Shown: piece by piece, positions 7,988-15,084 of the stretch
Numbering within the stretch: position 1 is the first letter of the stretch
Layout of the letters: the number at the start of each line of letters is the position of its first letter
Assembly (NCBI RefSeq): GCF_000022265.1
Contig: NC_011979.1
Span: 1,260,001-1,292,000 of the forward strand
Length of the DNA: 32,000 bases
Origin: Geotalea daltonii FRC-32
GTDB taxonomy: Bacteria > Desulfobacterota > Desulfuromonadia > Geobacterales > Geobacteraceae
Direction: 5' to 3'
Translations under genes and position numbers: made by a program
The notes under the pieces: model-generated
The model's database searches: none
What the model was told of the DNA's origin: nothing
What the model saw: only the letters and a program-made list of their open reading frames with translations

Positions 7988-8374
7988 TCAACGCTGCCTG
8001 GCGGCATCGACGCTCCAGATTCCACCTCCCTGGGCAGCTATGAAGAGGAAGATAAAACAATACAGCGCCGCCAGTTCGCCTTCATTCTGAAGCGGCAGCA
8101 ACGCCTTCGTTCCATGGCCGATCCAGTAGGCGAAGGCCATCTGGCCGCTGGCAATAAAGGCTGCCCAGTGGGTGAACAGACCTATCATGACCAGTATGCC
8201 GCAAAACAGCTCGATGGGACCGGCCACATAGGTAATGAAGGAGGGGACTCCTGGCGGCATAGGGCTCGGAATAGCGAACAGCTTCTGGGCGCCATGCCAA
8301 AGAAACAGAAAGCCTGCCACGATGCGCATCAACGCATAACAGTGGCTACTGTAGCTGGACATGAACCATCTCAT
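7988..8374 (-). CDS. DoxX-family membrane protein
   Basis: The track ORF extends to 8515. The ATG at 8374 has RBS GGAGGTG and gives MRWFMSSYSSHCYALMRIVAGFLFLWHGAQKLF, the DoxX signature. Four hydrophobic segments are visible. It starts 23 nt after the VOC stop, suggesting an operon. Confidence 0.8.
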   Translation of the reverse strand: MRWFMSSYSSHCYALMRIVAGFLFLWHGAQKLFAIPSPMPPGVPSFITYVAGPIELFCGILVMIGLFTHWAAFIASGQMAFAYWIGHGTKALLPLQNEGELAALYCFIFLFIAAQGGGIWSVDAARQR

Positions 8375-8397
8375 CGTGCACCTCCAGAAATAGCCGC

Positions 8398-8772
8398 TTA
8401 TTCCGGCGAACCGCAGCCGACTGGATTTGTCTGCCACAGTGCCAAAGTCGCCCCTGTCGGGTCTGTGATGACACTGAACCAGCCGATGCCTGGAATCTCG
8501 GTAACCTCCTTGCAAATGGTCGCACCGAGGGTCATGGCCTTCGCCGTTGCCGCCTGAACATTGTCAACCAGTACATAGGCGAGCCATGAAGAGGAGACTC
8601 CGGGACCAGGGGTTTGCATCATACCACCCCCGGTACCGTCGCCCACCTTGATCAGGGTATAGTCCATCCCCGGTATATCCTCCAGCTGCCAGTCGAACAG
8701 TGCCGTGTAAAACGCTTTGGCACGGGCCAGGTCAGTTGTCGTCAACTCCACATGTACAAAGGGATTTCCCAT
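8398..8772 (-). CDS. VOC (glyoxalase/bleomycin-resistance/dioxygenase) family protein
   Basis: The preferred start is the ATG at 8772, preceded by AGGAGGA. The N-terminus MGNPFVHVELTTTDLARAKAFYTALFDWQL and the C-terminal GWFSVITDPTGATLALWQ are typical of small VOC proteins. Confidence 0.8.
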   Translation of the reverse strand: MGNPFVHVELTTTDLARAKAFYTALFDWQLEDIPGMDYTLIKVGDGTGGGMMQTPGPGVSSSWLAYVLVDNVQAATAKAMTLGATICKEVTEIPGIGWFSVITDPTGATLALWQTNPVGCGSPE

Positions 8773-8811
8773 GGCGCATCCTCCTATTTGGTCGCTAACG
8801 AATCTTCTATG

Positions 8812-8817
8812 ATTATA
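8812..8817 (-). promoter_or_regulatory. Candidate -10 box (perfect TATAAT) for the VOC-DoxX transcript
   Basis: Minus-strand TATAAT at 8817-8812, about 40 nt upstream of the ATG at 8772. No convincing -35 was found. Confidence 0.35.
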
Positions 8818-8866
8818 CATCATCGTGAGTGTGTGGCCCTGGAACGGGCAAGAAAAGAAAAAGAAA

Positions 8867-8895
8867 TTGACTTCTGGACCTTTTGGTCCTAAAGT
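8867..8895 (+). promoter_or_regulatory. Candidate tetR promoter with an embedded palindromic operator
   Basis: -35 TTGACT (8867-8872), 17-bp spacer, -10 TAAAGT (8890-8895). The spacer is occupied by the palindrome TGGACC-tttt-GGTCCT (8875-8890). The -10 ends 6 nt before the tetR ATG at 8902. Confidence 0.45.
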
Positions 8896-8901
8896 TTCGT
8901 C

Positions 8902-9492
8902 ATGACAATGGGGAGACCTCTCGCATACGATCCGGAGAAGGCCCTGGATACGGCCATGCAGGTGTTCTGGTCCAGGGGCTATGAAGCGACAACCCTACAG
9001 GACCTGCTCCAGGCCATGGGGCTGTCCAAGAGCAGCTTTTATCAAGCCTTTGGCGGCAAGAAGGAAATTTTTCTGCGCAGCATGGCCCGCTACCGGGAAA
9101 AAATCGGGCAAGGACTATCCCAGTTGCTGGAGAACTCCGGATCGGCGCGGGAATTCATCGAGCGAATGTTGCTGAATTCGGCAGCCGAGGCCAGGCGTCC
9201 CAACGAGACCAGACGCGGCTGTCTAATTATGAATACCGCCACCGAGTGCGCCCAGAAAGACGGTGACATAGCCGGAGAGGTTTCCTCGGGATTTGAGGGG
9301 CTGCGCGCCCTGCTTTGCCGGGCGGTGAGGCGTGGCCAGGCAGAGGGGGGGATTACCCAAGAAGTGGAGGCCGAGGCCTTGGCCGGTTATCTGATCAGCA
9401 GCCTGGGGGGAATCAAGATGGTCGTCAAGGGTGGGGCCGATGAAGAGCGTGTCCGAGAGATCGTTGCCGTCATCCTGCGGGCATTGGACTAA
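8902..9492 (+). CDS. TetR/AcrR-family transcriptional regulator
   Basis: 196 aa. The N-terminal HTH is GYEATTLQDLLQAMGLSKSSFYQAFGGKKEIF. It is divergent from the VOC-DoxX-sodC genes. Confidence 0.88.
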   Translation: MTMGRPLAYDPEKALDTAMQVFWSRGYEATTLQDLLQAMGLSKSSFYQAFGGKKEIFLRSMARYREKIGQGLSQLLENSGSAREFIERMLLNSAAEARRPNETRRGCLIMNTATECAQKDGDIAGEVSSGFEGLRALLCRAVRRGQAEGGITQEVEAEALAGYLISSLGGIKMVVKGGADEERVREIVAVILRALD

Positions 9493-9506
9493 ATTTTTTT
9501 AGGCAT

Positions 9507-9525
9507 TTCTGGACCGGAAGGTCCA
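9507..9525. promoter_or_regulatory. Second copy of the TTCTGGACC-N4-GGTCC palindrome (candidate TetR operator upstream of the cupin gene)
   Basis: TTCTGGACC-ggaa-GGTCCA, a perfect 6-4-6 palindrome (TGGACC/GGTCCA) at 9510-9525. It shares the 9-nt half-site TTCTGGACC with the site at 8872-8889. It ends 19 bp before the cupin ATG. Confidence 0.45.
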
Positions 9526-9544
9526 TAACTTCAAGGAGGATACC

Positions 9545-9970
9545 ATGACCATTCAAGGAGAGAACTTCGCCGCAGAGCACACCGGACCTTTTGCGACACT
9601 ACTGGAGAGGGATTTTCTCGGCTTTCACGGTAAGTACTTCATTGGCGAATCTCTGGGGCTCACCGGCTGCGAGGTGTCCCTCAACCGGCTGCCGGCAGGC
9701 AAGGGGATACCCTTTGTCCATGTTCACAAGAAGAACGAAGAGCTCTACATCGTCCTGGGGGGGACCGGCATCTTTTACGTGGACGGGAATGAGTTCCCGG
9801 TAAGCGAAGGGAGCCTGATCCGGGTGGCTCCGTCCGGCGAGCGGGCCTACAGGGCGGGTGATGCGGATCTCTATTTCATCTGCATTCAGGCCGAAGCGGG
9901 GAGCCTGACCCAGGCCACTCTTGAAGATGGGGTCAGGCTCGCGACCAAAGCCTCGTGGATGACCAAGTAG
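9545..9970 (+). CDS. Cupin-domain protein
   Basis: 141 aa with RBS AAGGAGGA. The cupin_2 core is present: GKGIPFVHVHKKNEELYIVLGGTGIFYVDGNEFPVSEGSLIRVAPSGERAYRAG. Confidence 0.75.
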   Translation: MTIQGENFAAEHTGPFATLLERDFLGFHGKYFIGESLGLTGCEVSLNRLPAGKGIPFVHVHKKNEELYIVLGGTGIFYVDGNEFPVSEGSLIRVAPSGERAYRAGDADLYFICIQAEAGSLTQATLEDGVRLATKASWMTK

Positions 9971-10151
9971 CGTATCTGTGATCGGGGAAATGAATGGAGA
10001 CTCTTTAGTCCCTGCCAACTGCAGGTGGCGGTGGTAGCTTCCTATCCATATCCTTTGCGGCTTGTTTCCTCACCGCTGCTTTTCTTCCTTCATACCAGCT
10101 ACACCGGTCAAGTGCCTTCAGGTGTCCAGGTATGAGTGGTGATCGATAACC

Positions 10152-10180
10152 TTGCTCTTTACTGTCTACGATATTATACT
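10152..10180 (+). promoter_or_regulatory. Candidate sigma70 promoter for the OmpA-family lipoprotein gene
   Basis: -35 TTGCTC (10152-10157), 17-bp spacer, -10 TATACT (10175-10180). It lies about 50 bp upstream of the ATG at 10233. Confidence 0.45.
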
Positions 10181-10232
10181 ACGGCGGTAAAAGCGGGTGC
10201 TGACAGTTCCCGAGATCATCATCAAAGGAGAA

Positions 10233-10925
10233 ATGAAAGTGAGAGCGAAAAGTTTCATCAAGGTAGTTGCTGGCGCATCGATAGTGGCCATGCTGGCAGC
10301 TGGTTGCGCAACCAATCCCGATGGCAGCTATGAATTTAAGCGAAGCGCCATAGGCTCTTTGGGTGGGGCGGCACTGGGCGCAGGTATCGGGGCGCTGGCA
10401 GGCGGAAAGACTCACAGGGGACGAAATGCTGCTATCGGTGGTCTGTCCGGCGCAGTCGTGGGCGGCGGCATCGGTTATTACATGGACCGGCAGGCGGCAG
10501 CCCTGAAGAAGAACCTGCCTGAGGCGGAGGTGGTCAGGGACGGCGACAAGGTTTATGTGGCTTTGCCGTCAGGTATTCTCTTCGATTTGGGCAAGGATGC
10601 CCTGAAGTCGGGAGCCAAAGAGTCTCTGAGCAAGGCGGCGGCAACCCTCAAGGCCTCTGAGACCAATATCGTCGTTCAGGGACATACCGATTCCACCGGC
10701 TCCGATGCCATCAACCAGCCATTGAGTGAAAGGCGCGCGAAGCAGGTTCGCGATTTCCTCACTGCCAACGGTGTGCCTGCGTTCAGGCTGACTGCTGTAG
10801 GCTATGGATCGAGCCGCCCGGCCGTTGCCAACGACACCGACGCCAACCGCGCCCTCAATCGCCGGGTGCAGCTGGAGATCAGTCCCAACGAAAAGGCAAT
10901 AGCCCAGAACAGCGGCAACAATTAA
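10233..10925 (+). CDS. OmpA-family lipoprotein with glycine-zipper region (YiaD-like)
   Basis: The preferred start is the ATG at 10233, after AAAGGAGAA. The lipobox is MKVRAKSFIKVVAGASIVAMLAAG-C. The glycine zipper is GSLGGAALGAGIGALAGG...GGLSGAVVGGGIGYYMDRQ. The OmpA_C peptidoglycan-binding domain is present: VQGHTDSTGSDAINQPLSERRAKQVRDFL...NRALNRRVQLEI. Confidence 0.88.
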   Translation: MKVRAKSFIKVVAGASIVAMLAAGCATNPDGSYEFKRSAIGSLGGAALGAGIGALAGGKTHRGRNAAIGGLSGAVVGGGIGYYMDRQAAALKKNLPEAEVVRDGDKVYVALPSGILFDLGKDALKSGAKESLSKAAATLKASETNIVVQGHTDSTGSDAINQPLSERRAKQVRDFLTANGVPAFRLTAVGYGSSRPAVANDTDANRALNRRVQLEISPNEKAIAQNSGNN

Positions 10926-10952
10926 AGAGCTATACGTCCATAAGCGGATAAA

Positions 10953-10971
10953 GGCGGCCATTCCGGCCGCC
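10953..10971. terminator. GC hairpin after the OmpA-family gene (first of two identical 19-nt copies)
   Basis: GGCGGCC-attcc-GGCCGCC, preceded by AAA. There is no T-tract directly after it because repeat element A follows. Confidence 0.5.
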
Positions 10972-10975
10972 GAGT

Positions 10976-11091
10976 CTGATGAAAAAGCCCCATCTGCGGC
11001 GTTGCCCTTACCATTCGTCGCTGCGGCGTACCGTTAAGTACGCCTCACTCCTCAGGTTTCGGGCGCCTTGCACCTAGGGCTTTTTGATCAG
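10976..11091. repeat. MITE-like inverted-repeat element, copy A (~116 bp)
   Basis: Terminal inverted repeats are CTGATGAAAAAGCCC (10976-10990) and GGGCTTTTTGATCAG (11077-11091), matching at 14 of 15 positions. The internal block is TCGTCGCT..GCGGCGTA..TACGCCTC. The central hairpin is GGCGTAC-cgttaa-GTACGCC (11025-11044). There is no coding capacity. Confidence 0.65.
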
Positions 11092-11122
11092 CCTTACATA
11101 TTGTGATTTTGTCAGCAATCTG

Positions 11123-11152
11123 GGCGGCCATTCCGGCCGCCTTTGCTTTTGT
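11123..11152. terminator. Second identical GC hairpin, followed by a T-tract (likely the functional terminator)
   Basis: GGCGGCC-attcc-GGCCGCC (11123-11141) followed by TTTGCTTTTGT. Confidence 0.55.
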
Positions 11153-11218
11153 GGGTGAAAAAGCTGGAAAACCGCCTTCCCACTGGCTATTATGGAAGCC
11201 TCAAGACGAGGAGGGATT

Positions 11219-12013
11219 ATGGTGACCGTATGGCTGTTGTACTTAGTATTGGGGGCATTTGCAGGCGTCATGGCGGGGTTGCTCGGCGTCGGCGGGGGGC
11301 TGGTGATCGTACCGGTGCTGTCGTTCATTTTCGCCCATCAGCAGTTGCCTCCTGAGCATATTCTGCACCTGGCCCTGGGTACTTCCCTGGCCAGTATCAT
11401 TTTCACCTCCATCTCCAGTCTCCGTGCCCACCATGCGCGGGGGGCCGTCAACTGGAACGTGGTGCGGCAGATCAGTCCGGGCATCGTATTCGGCACCTTT
11501 CTCGGCTCCTGGGTTGCCTCCAGGCTTTCCACCGCATTTCTCAAAGGTTTCTTTGTCGTTTTCCTCTTTTACGTGGCCATACAGATGTTCTTCAATATCA
11601 AGCCGCAGCCCCATCGGCAGCTCCCGGGAAAGGGCACGATTTTCGGCGTGGGTGGCCTGATCGGTGGGGTGTCCAGCTTCGTCGGCATCGGCGGCGGCAG
11701 CATGTCCGTCCCCTTTCTGCTCTGGTGCAACGTTGCCATGCACAATGCCATCGGCACTTCGGCGGCAATCGGTTTTCCCATCGCCCTTGCCGGTGCGGCA
11801 GGCTACGTGGCCAACGGTCTTGCTGCTTCCCTTCCGCCACACACACTCGGTTTCGTTCATCTCCCGGCCCTTATGGGAGTGGCGGCGGCAAGCATTGCCA
11901 CTGCGCCCCTCGGGGCGAAACTGGCCCACTTGCTGCCGGTGGCGGGGCTCAAGAAAATTTTTGCGCTGCTGCTGGTGGTGATTGGAACGAAGATGGTGCT
12001 GGACCTTCTTTAA
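11219..12013 (+). CDS. TauE/SafE-family (DUF81) sulfite/anion exporter
   Basis: The preferred start is the ATG at 11219, after GAGGAGGG. Two internal repeats carry the family signature (GLLGVGGGLVIVPVL and GIGGGSMSVPFLL). About 8 hydrophobic segments are visible. Confidence 0.85.
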   Translation: MVTVWLLYLVLGAFAGVMAGLLGVGGGLVIVPVLSFIFAHQQLPPEHILHLALGTSLASIIFTSISSLRAHHARGAVNWNVVRQISPGIVFGTFLGSWVASRLSTAFLKGFFVVFLFYVAIQMFFNIKPQPHRQLPGKGTIFGVGGLIGGVSSFVGIGGGSMSVPFLLWCNVAMHNAIGTSAAIGFPIALAGAAGYVANGLAASLPPHTLGFVHLPALMGVAAASIATAPLGAKLAHLLPVAGLKKIFALLLVVIGTKMVLDLL

Positions 12014-12014
12014 C

Positions 12015-12134
12015 AGGTTGTTGAAAAACAGCCATTTCACCGCCGTCCTCGTCGCTCTCTTGTGCGGCGTAGCGCAGCTACGCCTCCGCGGTCGCTCCTG
12101 CGGGTGCGACGATCTAACTGTTTTTGAACAACCT
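12015..12134. repeat. MITE-like inverted-repeat element, copy B (~120 bp), same family and orientation as copy A
   Basis: Terminal inverted repeats are AGGTTGTTGAAAAACAG (12015-12031) and CTGTTTTTGAACAACCT (12118-12134), matching at 16 of 17 positions. The internal block is TCGTCGCT..GCGGCGTA..TACGCCTC. The central hairpin is GGCGTAGC-gca-GCTACGCC (12066-12084). An extra solo arm, ATTTTTCAACAACCT, lies at 12138-12152. Confidence 0.65.
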
Positions 12135-12195
12135 GGAATTTTTCAACAACCTCTTAATGTTTCCGACAGTTTTCGGACTGGCCTTTTTGCATTTA

Positions 12196-12618
12196 TCACA
12201 GGGTTACCCATTCCTTCGGCGCAAAGTTGCTCTCCATGGTCCAGGCCAGGGCCTGGCATCCCTCGACGCGGAAAACCGACATGAGACTGTAGCCACTCGC
12301 CTCGATCCATGGCTTCAGGAATTCCCGGCCCGGCGAGTTAACAATCTCCTCTTTCAGCGCCTGGTCGTCCACCAGTTTAGCCTTCCCTCGTACCCTTACC
12401 TGAATGTTTGCCTGCCAGTCATGAAAGCAGAGCTCCACCGCGGGATCGGCTATCATCTGCCGGTGGACATCCTTCATGGCTCCTGTGTGGAAAAGGATTC
12501 CCCGGTCATCGGCGAGATAAACAAGCATGCCCCGCACCCGTGGTTCCCCCTCTTCGATGGTTGCCAGATGGAATACCGGATTCCTGTTGATCAGCTCAAT
12601 GAGTTCTTCTCTTTCCAT
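12196..12618 (-). CDS. Pyridoxamine 5'-phosphate oxidase (PNPOx)-like FMN-binding family protein
   Basis: The track ORF extends to 12795, overlapping the AraC gene. The ATG at 12618 has RBS GAGGAGGAG and gives MEREELIELINRNPVFHLATIEEGEPRVRGMLVYLADDRGILFHT, typical of the split-barrel PNPOx/general stress protein 26 family. Confidence 0.65.
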   Translation of the reverse strand: MEREELIELINRNPVFHLATIEEGEPRVRGMLVYLADDRGILFHTGAMKDVHRQMIADPAVELCFHDWQANIQVRVRGKAKLVDDQALKEEIVNSPGREFLKPWIEASGYSLMSVFRVEGCQALAWTMESNFAPKEWVTL

Positions 12619-12698
12619 CAGCTCCTCCTCGACTCTTTTTCCGCGAAGGTAACAGATTTGCAGCAATGGGGCTTCCGGATTCATGCTTTTTGCTTCGG

Positions 12699-13577
12699 TT
12701 ATCCTGCTTTTACGGTGGTCATGACATCCGAGGGGGGGCAACCGAAACGTTTGCGAAAAGTGTCGGTGAAGTGGGAATGACTGGCGAAACCACAACGAAG
12801 CGCGACGGAGGTGACGCAGGTTTCGCCGGAGACCAGGAGACGGCGGGCTTTTGCCAGGCGCAGGTCGATCAGGTAATTCATCGGTGAAAGACCGGTCTCC
12901 TTGCGGAAGACGCGGCTGAAATGGGAGGGTGACATGGCCGCCACGGTTGCCATCTTGTCCACCGTTACCTTTTCACCATAGCGGCGGTGGAGATATTCGA
13001 CAACGCGATTGATTTCTATCCGGTTCGAAATATGGGGCGCCGATGAATTGACACCATGGGCGGCCCGGAGGATGGAGTGGGTGATGCGGATTGAGACTGC
13101 TGCCAGCACAGCTTCCCCGCCGGGGAGTCCCGCTTCGTGTTCGGTCATGAACTCCTTAAGTAGATTGATCAGTTCCGGACCGGGAAAAAATCGATGGAAA
13201 TCGTAGGCTTTTCCGGCAAGATCGTACTGCCGTGCCTCCCGGTCGTGAAGGGTATGGGAGATGAGGATGGCGATGTAGCGCGACTGCTCTTGTCCGGGAA
13301 CTTCATGATGCAGTGATCCGGGATCGATGGCAACCACTTCGCCGGGGGCGGGGGTGATGTTTTTTCCTTTGGCCTGAAAATTGCCCTTGTCGTCGAAAGT
13401 GAGGACGAAGGAGTATGCCGGGTGACTGTGATCTCGGGTAATGGCGTAGAGACAGGGACCAACTGCCGGAATGAAGAGCCCTATGCCATCGCCGACGAAA
13501 CAGTCAACATATTTGAGCTGTTCTTCCGACACCTCACCGACAAGGGCGCGTATTTTTTCCAGTTTACGGGTTTCCAT
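12699..13577 (-). CDS. AraC-family transcriptional regulator (N-terminal cupin-like sensor, C-terminal dual HTH)
   Basis: 292 aa with RBS GGAGAAA. The C-terminus is MSPSHFSRVFRKETGLSPMNYLIDLRLAKARRLL...VALRCGFASHSHFTDTFRKRFGCPPS. It is divergent from the yqhD homologue, as yqhC is in E. coli. Confidence 0.88.
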   Translation of the reverse strand: METRKLEKIRALVGEVSEEQLKYVDCFVGDGIGLFIPAVGPCLYAITRDHSHPAYSFVLTFDDKGNFQAKGKNITPAPGEVVAIDPGSLHHEVPGQEQSRYIAILISHTLHDREARQYDLAGKAYDFHRFFPGPELINLLKEFMTEHEAGLPGGEAVLAAVSIRITHSILRAAHGVNSSAPHISNRIEINRVVEYLHRRYGEKVTVDKMATVAAMSPSHFSRVFRKETGLSPMNYLIDLRLAKARRLLVSGETCVTSVALRCGFASHSHFTDTFRKRFGCPPSDVMTTVKAG

Positions 13578-13747
13578 AGTTTCTCCGGACGGGCATTATA
13601 TACGATAGCGGAGGGGGACATGTCACTATCTTTATTGAGGTGTTTTTCGCGGTAAAGGTATTCGACCGATCAAAGTAGCGGCTACCGATGCATCGGAACC
13701 TGTGGTAAAGTTACCAGGTTTTTCATCAACCGGATAAAGGAGCAGCC

Positions 13748-14902
13748 ATGAACAACTTCAGCTATTACAACCCCACCAAGATCATCTTCGGCAAGGGTAA
13801 GATAGCCTCCATAGCCAAAGAGATCCCGGCAGAGGCCAGGGTTCTCGTCACCTACGGCGGCGGCAGCATCAAGCGGAACGGTGTCTACGATCAGGTCAGG
13901 GAAGCTCTCAAAGGCCATGACTTCCTGGAATTTGGCGGTATCGAGGTTAATCCCGGCTATGAGACATTGATGAAAGGTGTGGAGGTAGTCAGAAAAGAGG
14001 CGGTGACCATGCTGCTTGCGGTCGGTGGCGGTTCGGTGGCGGACGGAACCAAGTTCATCGCTGCAGCCGCTAATTTTAAGGGTGAGCCGTGGGATATCCT
14101 GTCAAAACAGGCGCCGGTAAAATCCGCCATACCTTTGGGGGTGGTACTGACACTGCCTGCTACCGGCTCGGAATCCAATTCCTTTGCCGTGATCTCCCGC
14201 AAAGCTACCCACGAGAAACTGGCCTTCGGCAGCCCGCTCTGCTATCCGAAATTTGCCGTGCTTGACCCGGAAACCACCTATACCCTGCCGCCAGTACAGA
14301 TAGCCAACGGTGTTGTCGATGCCTTCATCCATACCATCGAACAGTATCTTACCTACCCTGCCGCCGCTCCATTGCAGGACCGTCTGGCGGAAGGGGTCCT
14401 GCTGACCCTGCTCGAGGTGGGGCCGAAGGCCCTTGCCACGCCCAATGACTACGACACCATGGCCAGTCTCATGTGGTGCGCCACTCTGGCCCTGAACGGA
14501 CTCATCGGCTGTGGAGTGCCCCAGGACTGGTCGACCCATATGATCGGCCATGAACTGACGGCGGCATATGGCATCGACCATGCCCGGACCCTGGCCGTTG
14601 TGCTACCGGGACTGTTGCGTAACCGCAGGGAAGAAAAGCATGAAAAGCTGCTGCAGTATGCAAGGCAAATCTGGGGCGTTACCGACGGCAGTGATGATGA
14701 GCGCATTGAATCGGCCATTGGCCGGACCGAAGAATTTTTTCAGTCGCTGGGGGTGCCGACACGGCTGTCGGGATATGTCGACGCCGTTTCTGCGCCGGAG
14801 GCCATTGCTGCGCGTCTTGAGGCTCGGGGTGGCAACCCCTTGGGAGAGCGGGCCAGCATTACGCCTGACGTGGTGCGTGAAATACTGGCAACCCGTCTCT
14901 GA
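13748..14902 (+). CDS. yqhD: NADPH-dependent iron-containing (group III) alcohol dehydrogenase / aldehyde reductase YqhD
   Basis: 384 aa with RBS AAGGAG. It is collinear and highly similar, from memory, to E. coli YqhD. Shared stretches include MNNF...GKG, VLVTYGGGSIK, LEFGGIE.NP.YETLM, LLAVGGGSV.DGTKFIAAAAN, VLTLPATGSESN, FAVLDP..TYTLPP.Q.ANGVVDAF.HT.EQY, LNGLIG.GVPQDW.TH..GHELTA and LLQYA...W..T.GSDDERI. Confidence 0.9.
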   Translation: MNNFSYYNPTKIIFGKGKIASIAKEIPAEARVLVTYGGGSIKRNGVYDQVREALKGHDFLEFGGIEVNPGYETLMKGVEVVRKEAVTMLLAVGGGSVADGTKFIAAAANFKGEPWDILSKQAPVKSAIPLGVVLTLPATGSESNSFAVISRKATHEKLAFGSPLCYPKFAVLDPETTYTLPPVQIANGVVDAFIHTIEQYLTYPAAAPLQDRLAEGVLLTLLEVGPKALATPNDYDTMASLMWCATLALNGLIGCGVPQDWSTHMIGHELTAAYGIDHARTLAVVLPGLLRNRREEKHEKLLQYARQIWGVTDGSDDERIESAIGRTEEFFQSLGVPTRLSGYVDAVSAPEAIAARLEARGGNPLGERASITPDVVREILATRL

Positions 14903-14933
14903 TCCAGGGGTGGCACCCTCAAATATTTGCCGG

Positions 14934-14964
14934 CCGTCGGGCAGCTATGCCGACGGTTTTTTTT
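14934..14964 (+). terminator. Rho-independent terminator of yqhD
   Basis: CCGTCGG (14934-14940), loop gcagctatg, CCGACGG (14950-14956), then TTTTTTTT (14957-14964). Confidence 0.8.
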
Positions 14965-15084
14965 CGCATTTGAGCGGCCACAACCTGCCGATTCAGTAAA
15001 AATGAACGTTTCCCCATGGAGTTAGGCCTTTTCAAAGGTGAAAAAATTATGGTATCGTCAGTCGCTTGAAACCAGGAGGTAGAC

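Noticed and set aside
7892-8557. 221-aa plus-strand ORF
   Set aside because: It is antisense to the DoxX and VOC genes and has no motifs.
11243-12040. 265-aa minus-strand ORF, with other ORFs nested in 11338-12024
   Set aside because: It is antisense or out of frame relative to the TauE/SafE gene, which shows clear family signatures.
10976-12134. Idea that element A - tauE - element B forms a composite mobile unit
   Set aside because: The elements are in direct rather than inverted orientation. There is no transposase or integrase, no flanking target duplication spanning the unit, and no GC-content discontinuity across the TauE gene.
12124-12780. 218-aa plus-strand ORF
   Set aside because: It is antisense to the PNPOx-family gene and the 3' end of the AraC gene, and it starts inside repeat element B.
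14911-14930. TGGCAC ... TTGC after yqhD
   Set aside because: The spacer is 10 nt instead of 5. It lies between a stop codon and its terminator, so it is not a plausible sigma54 promoter.
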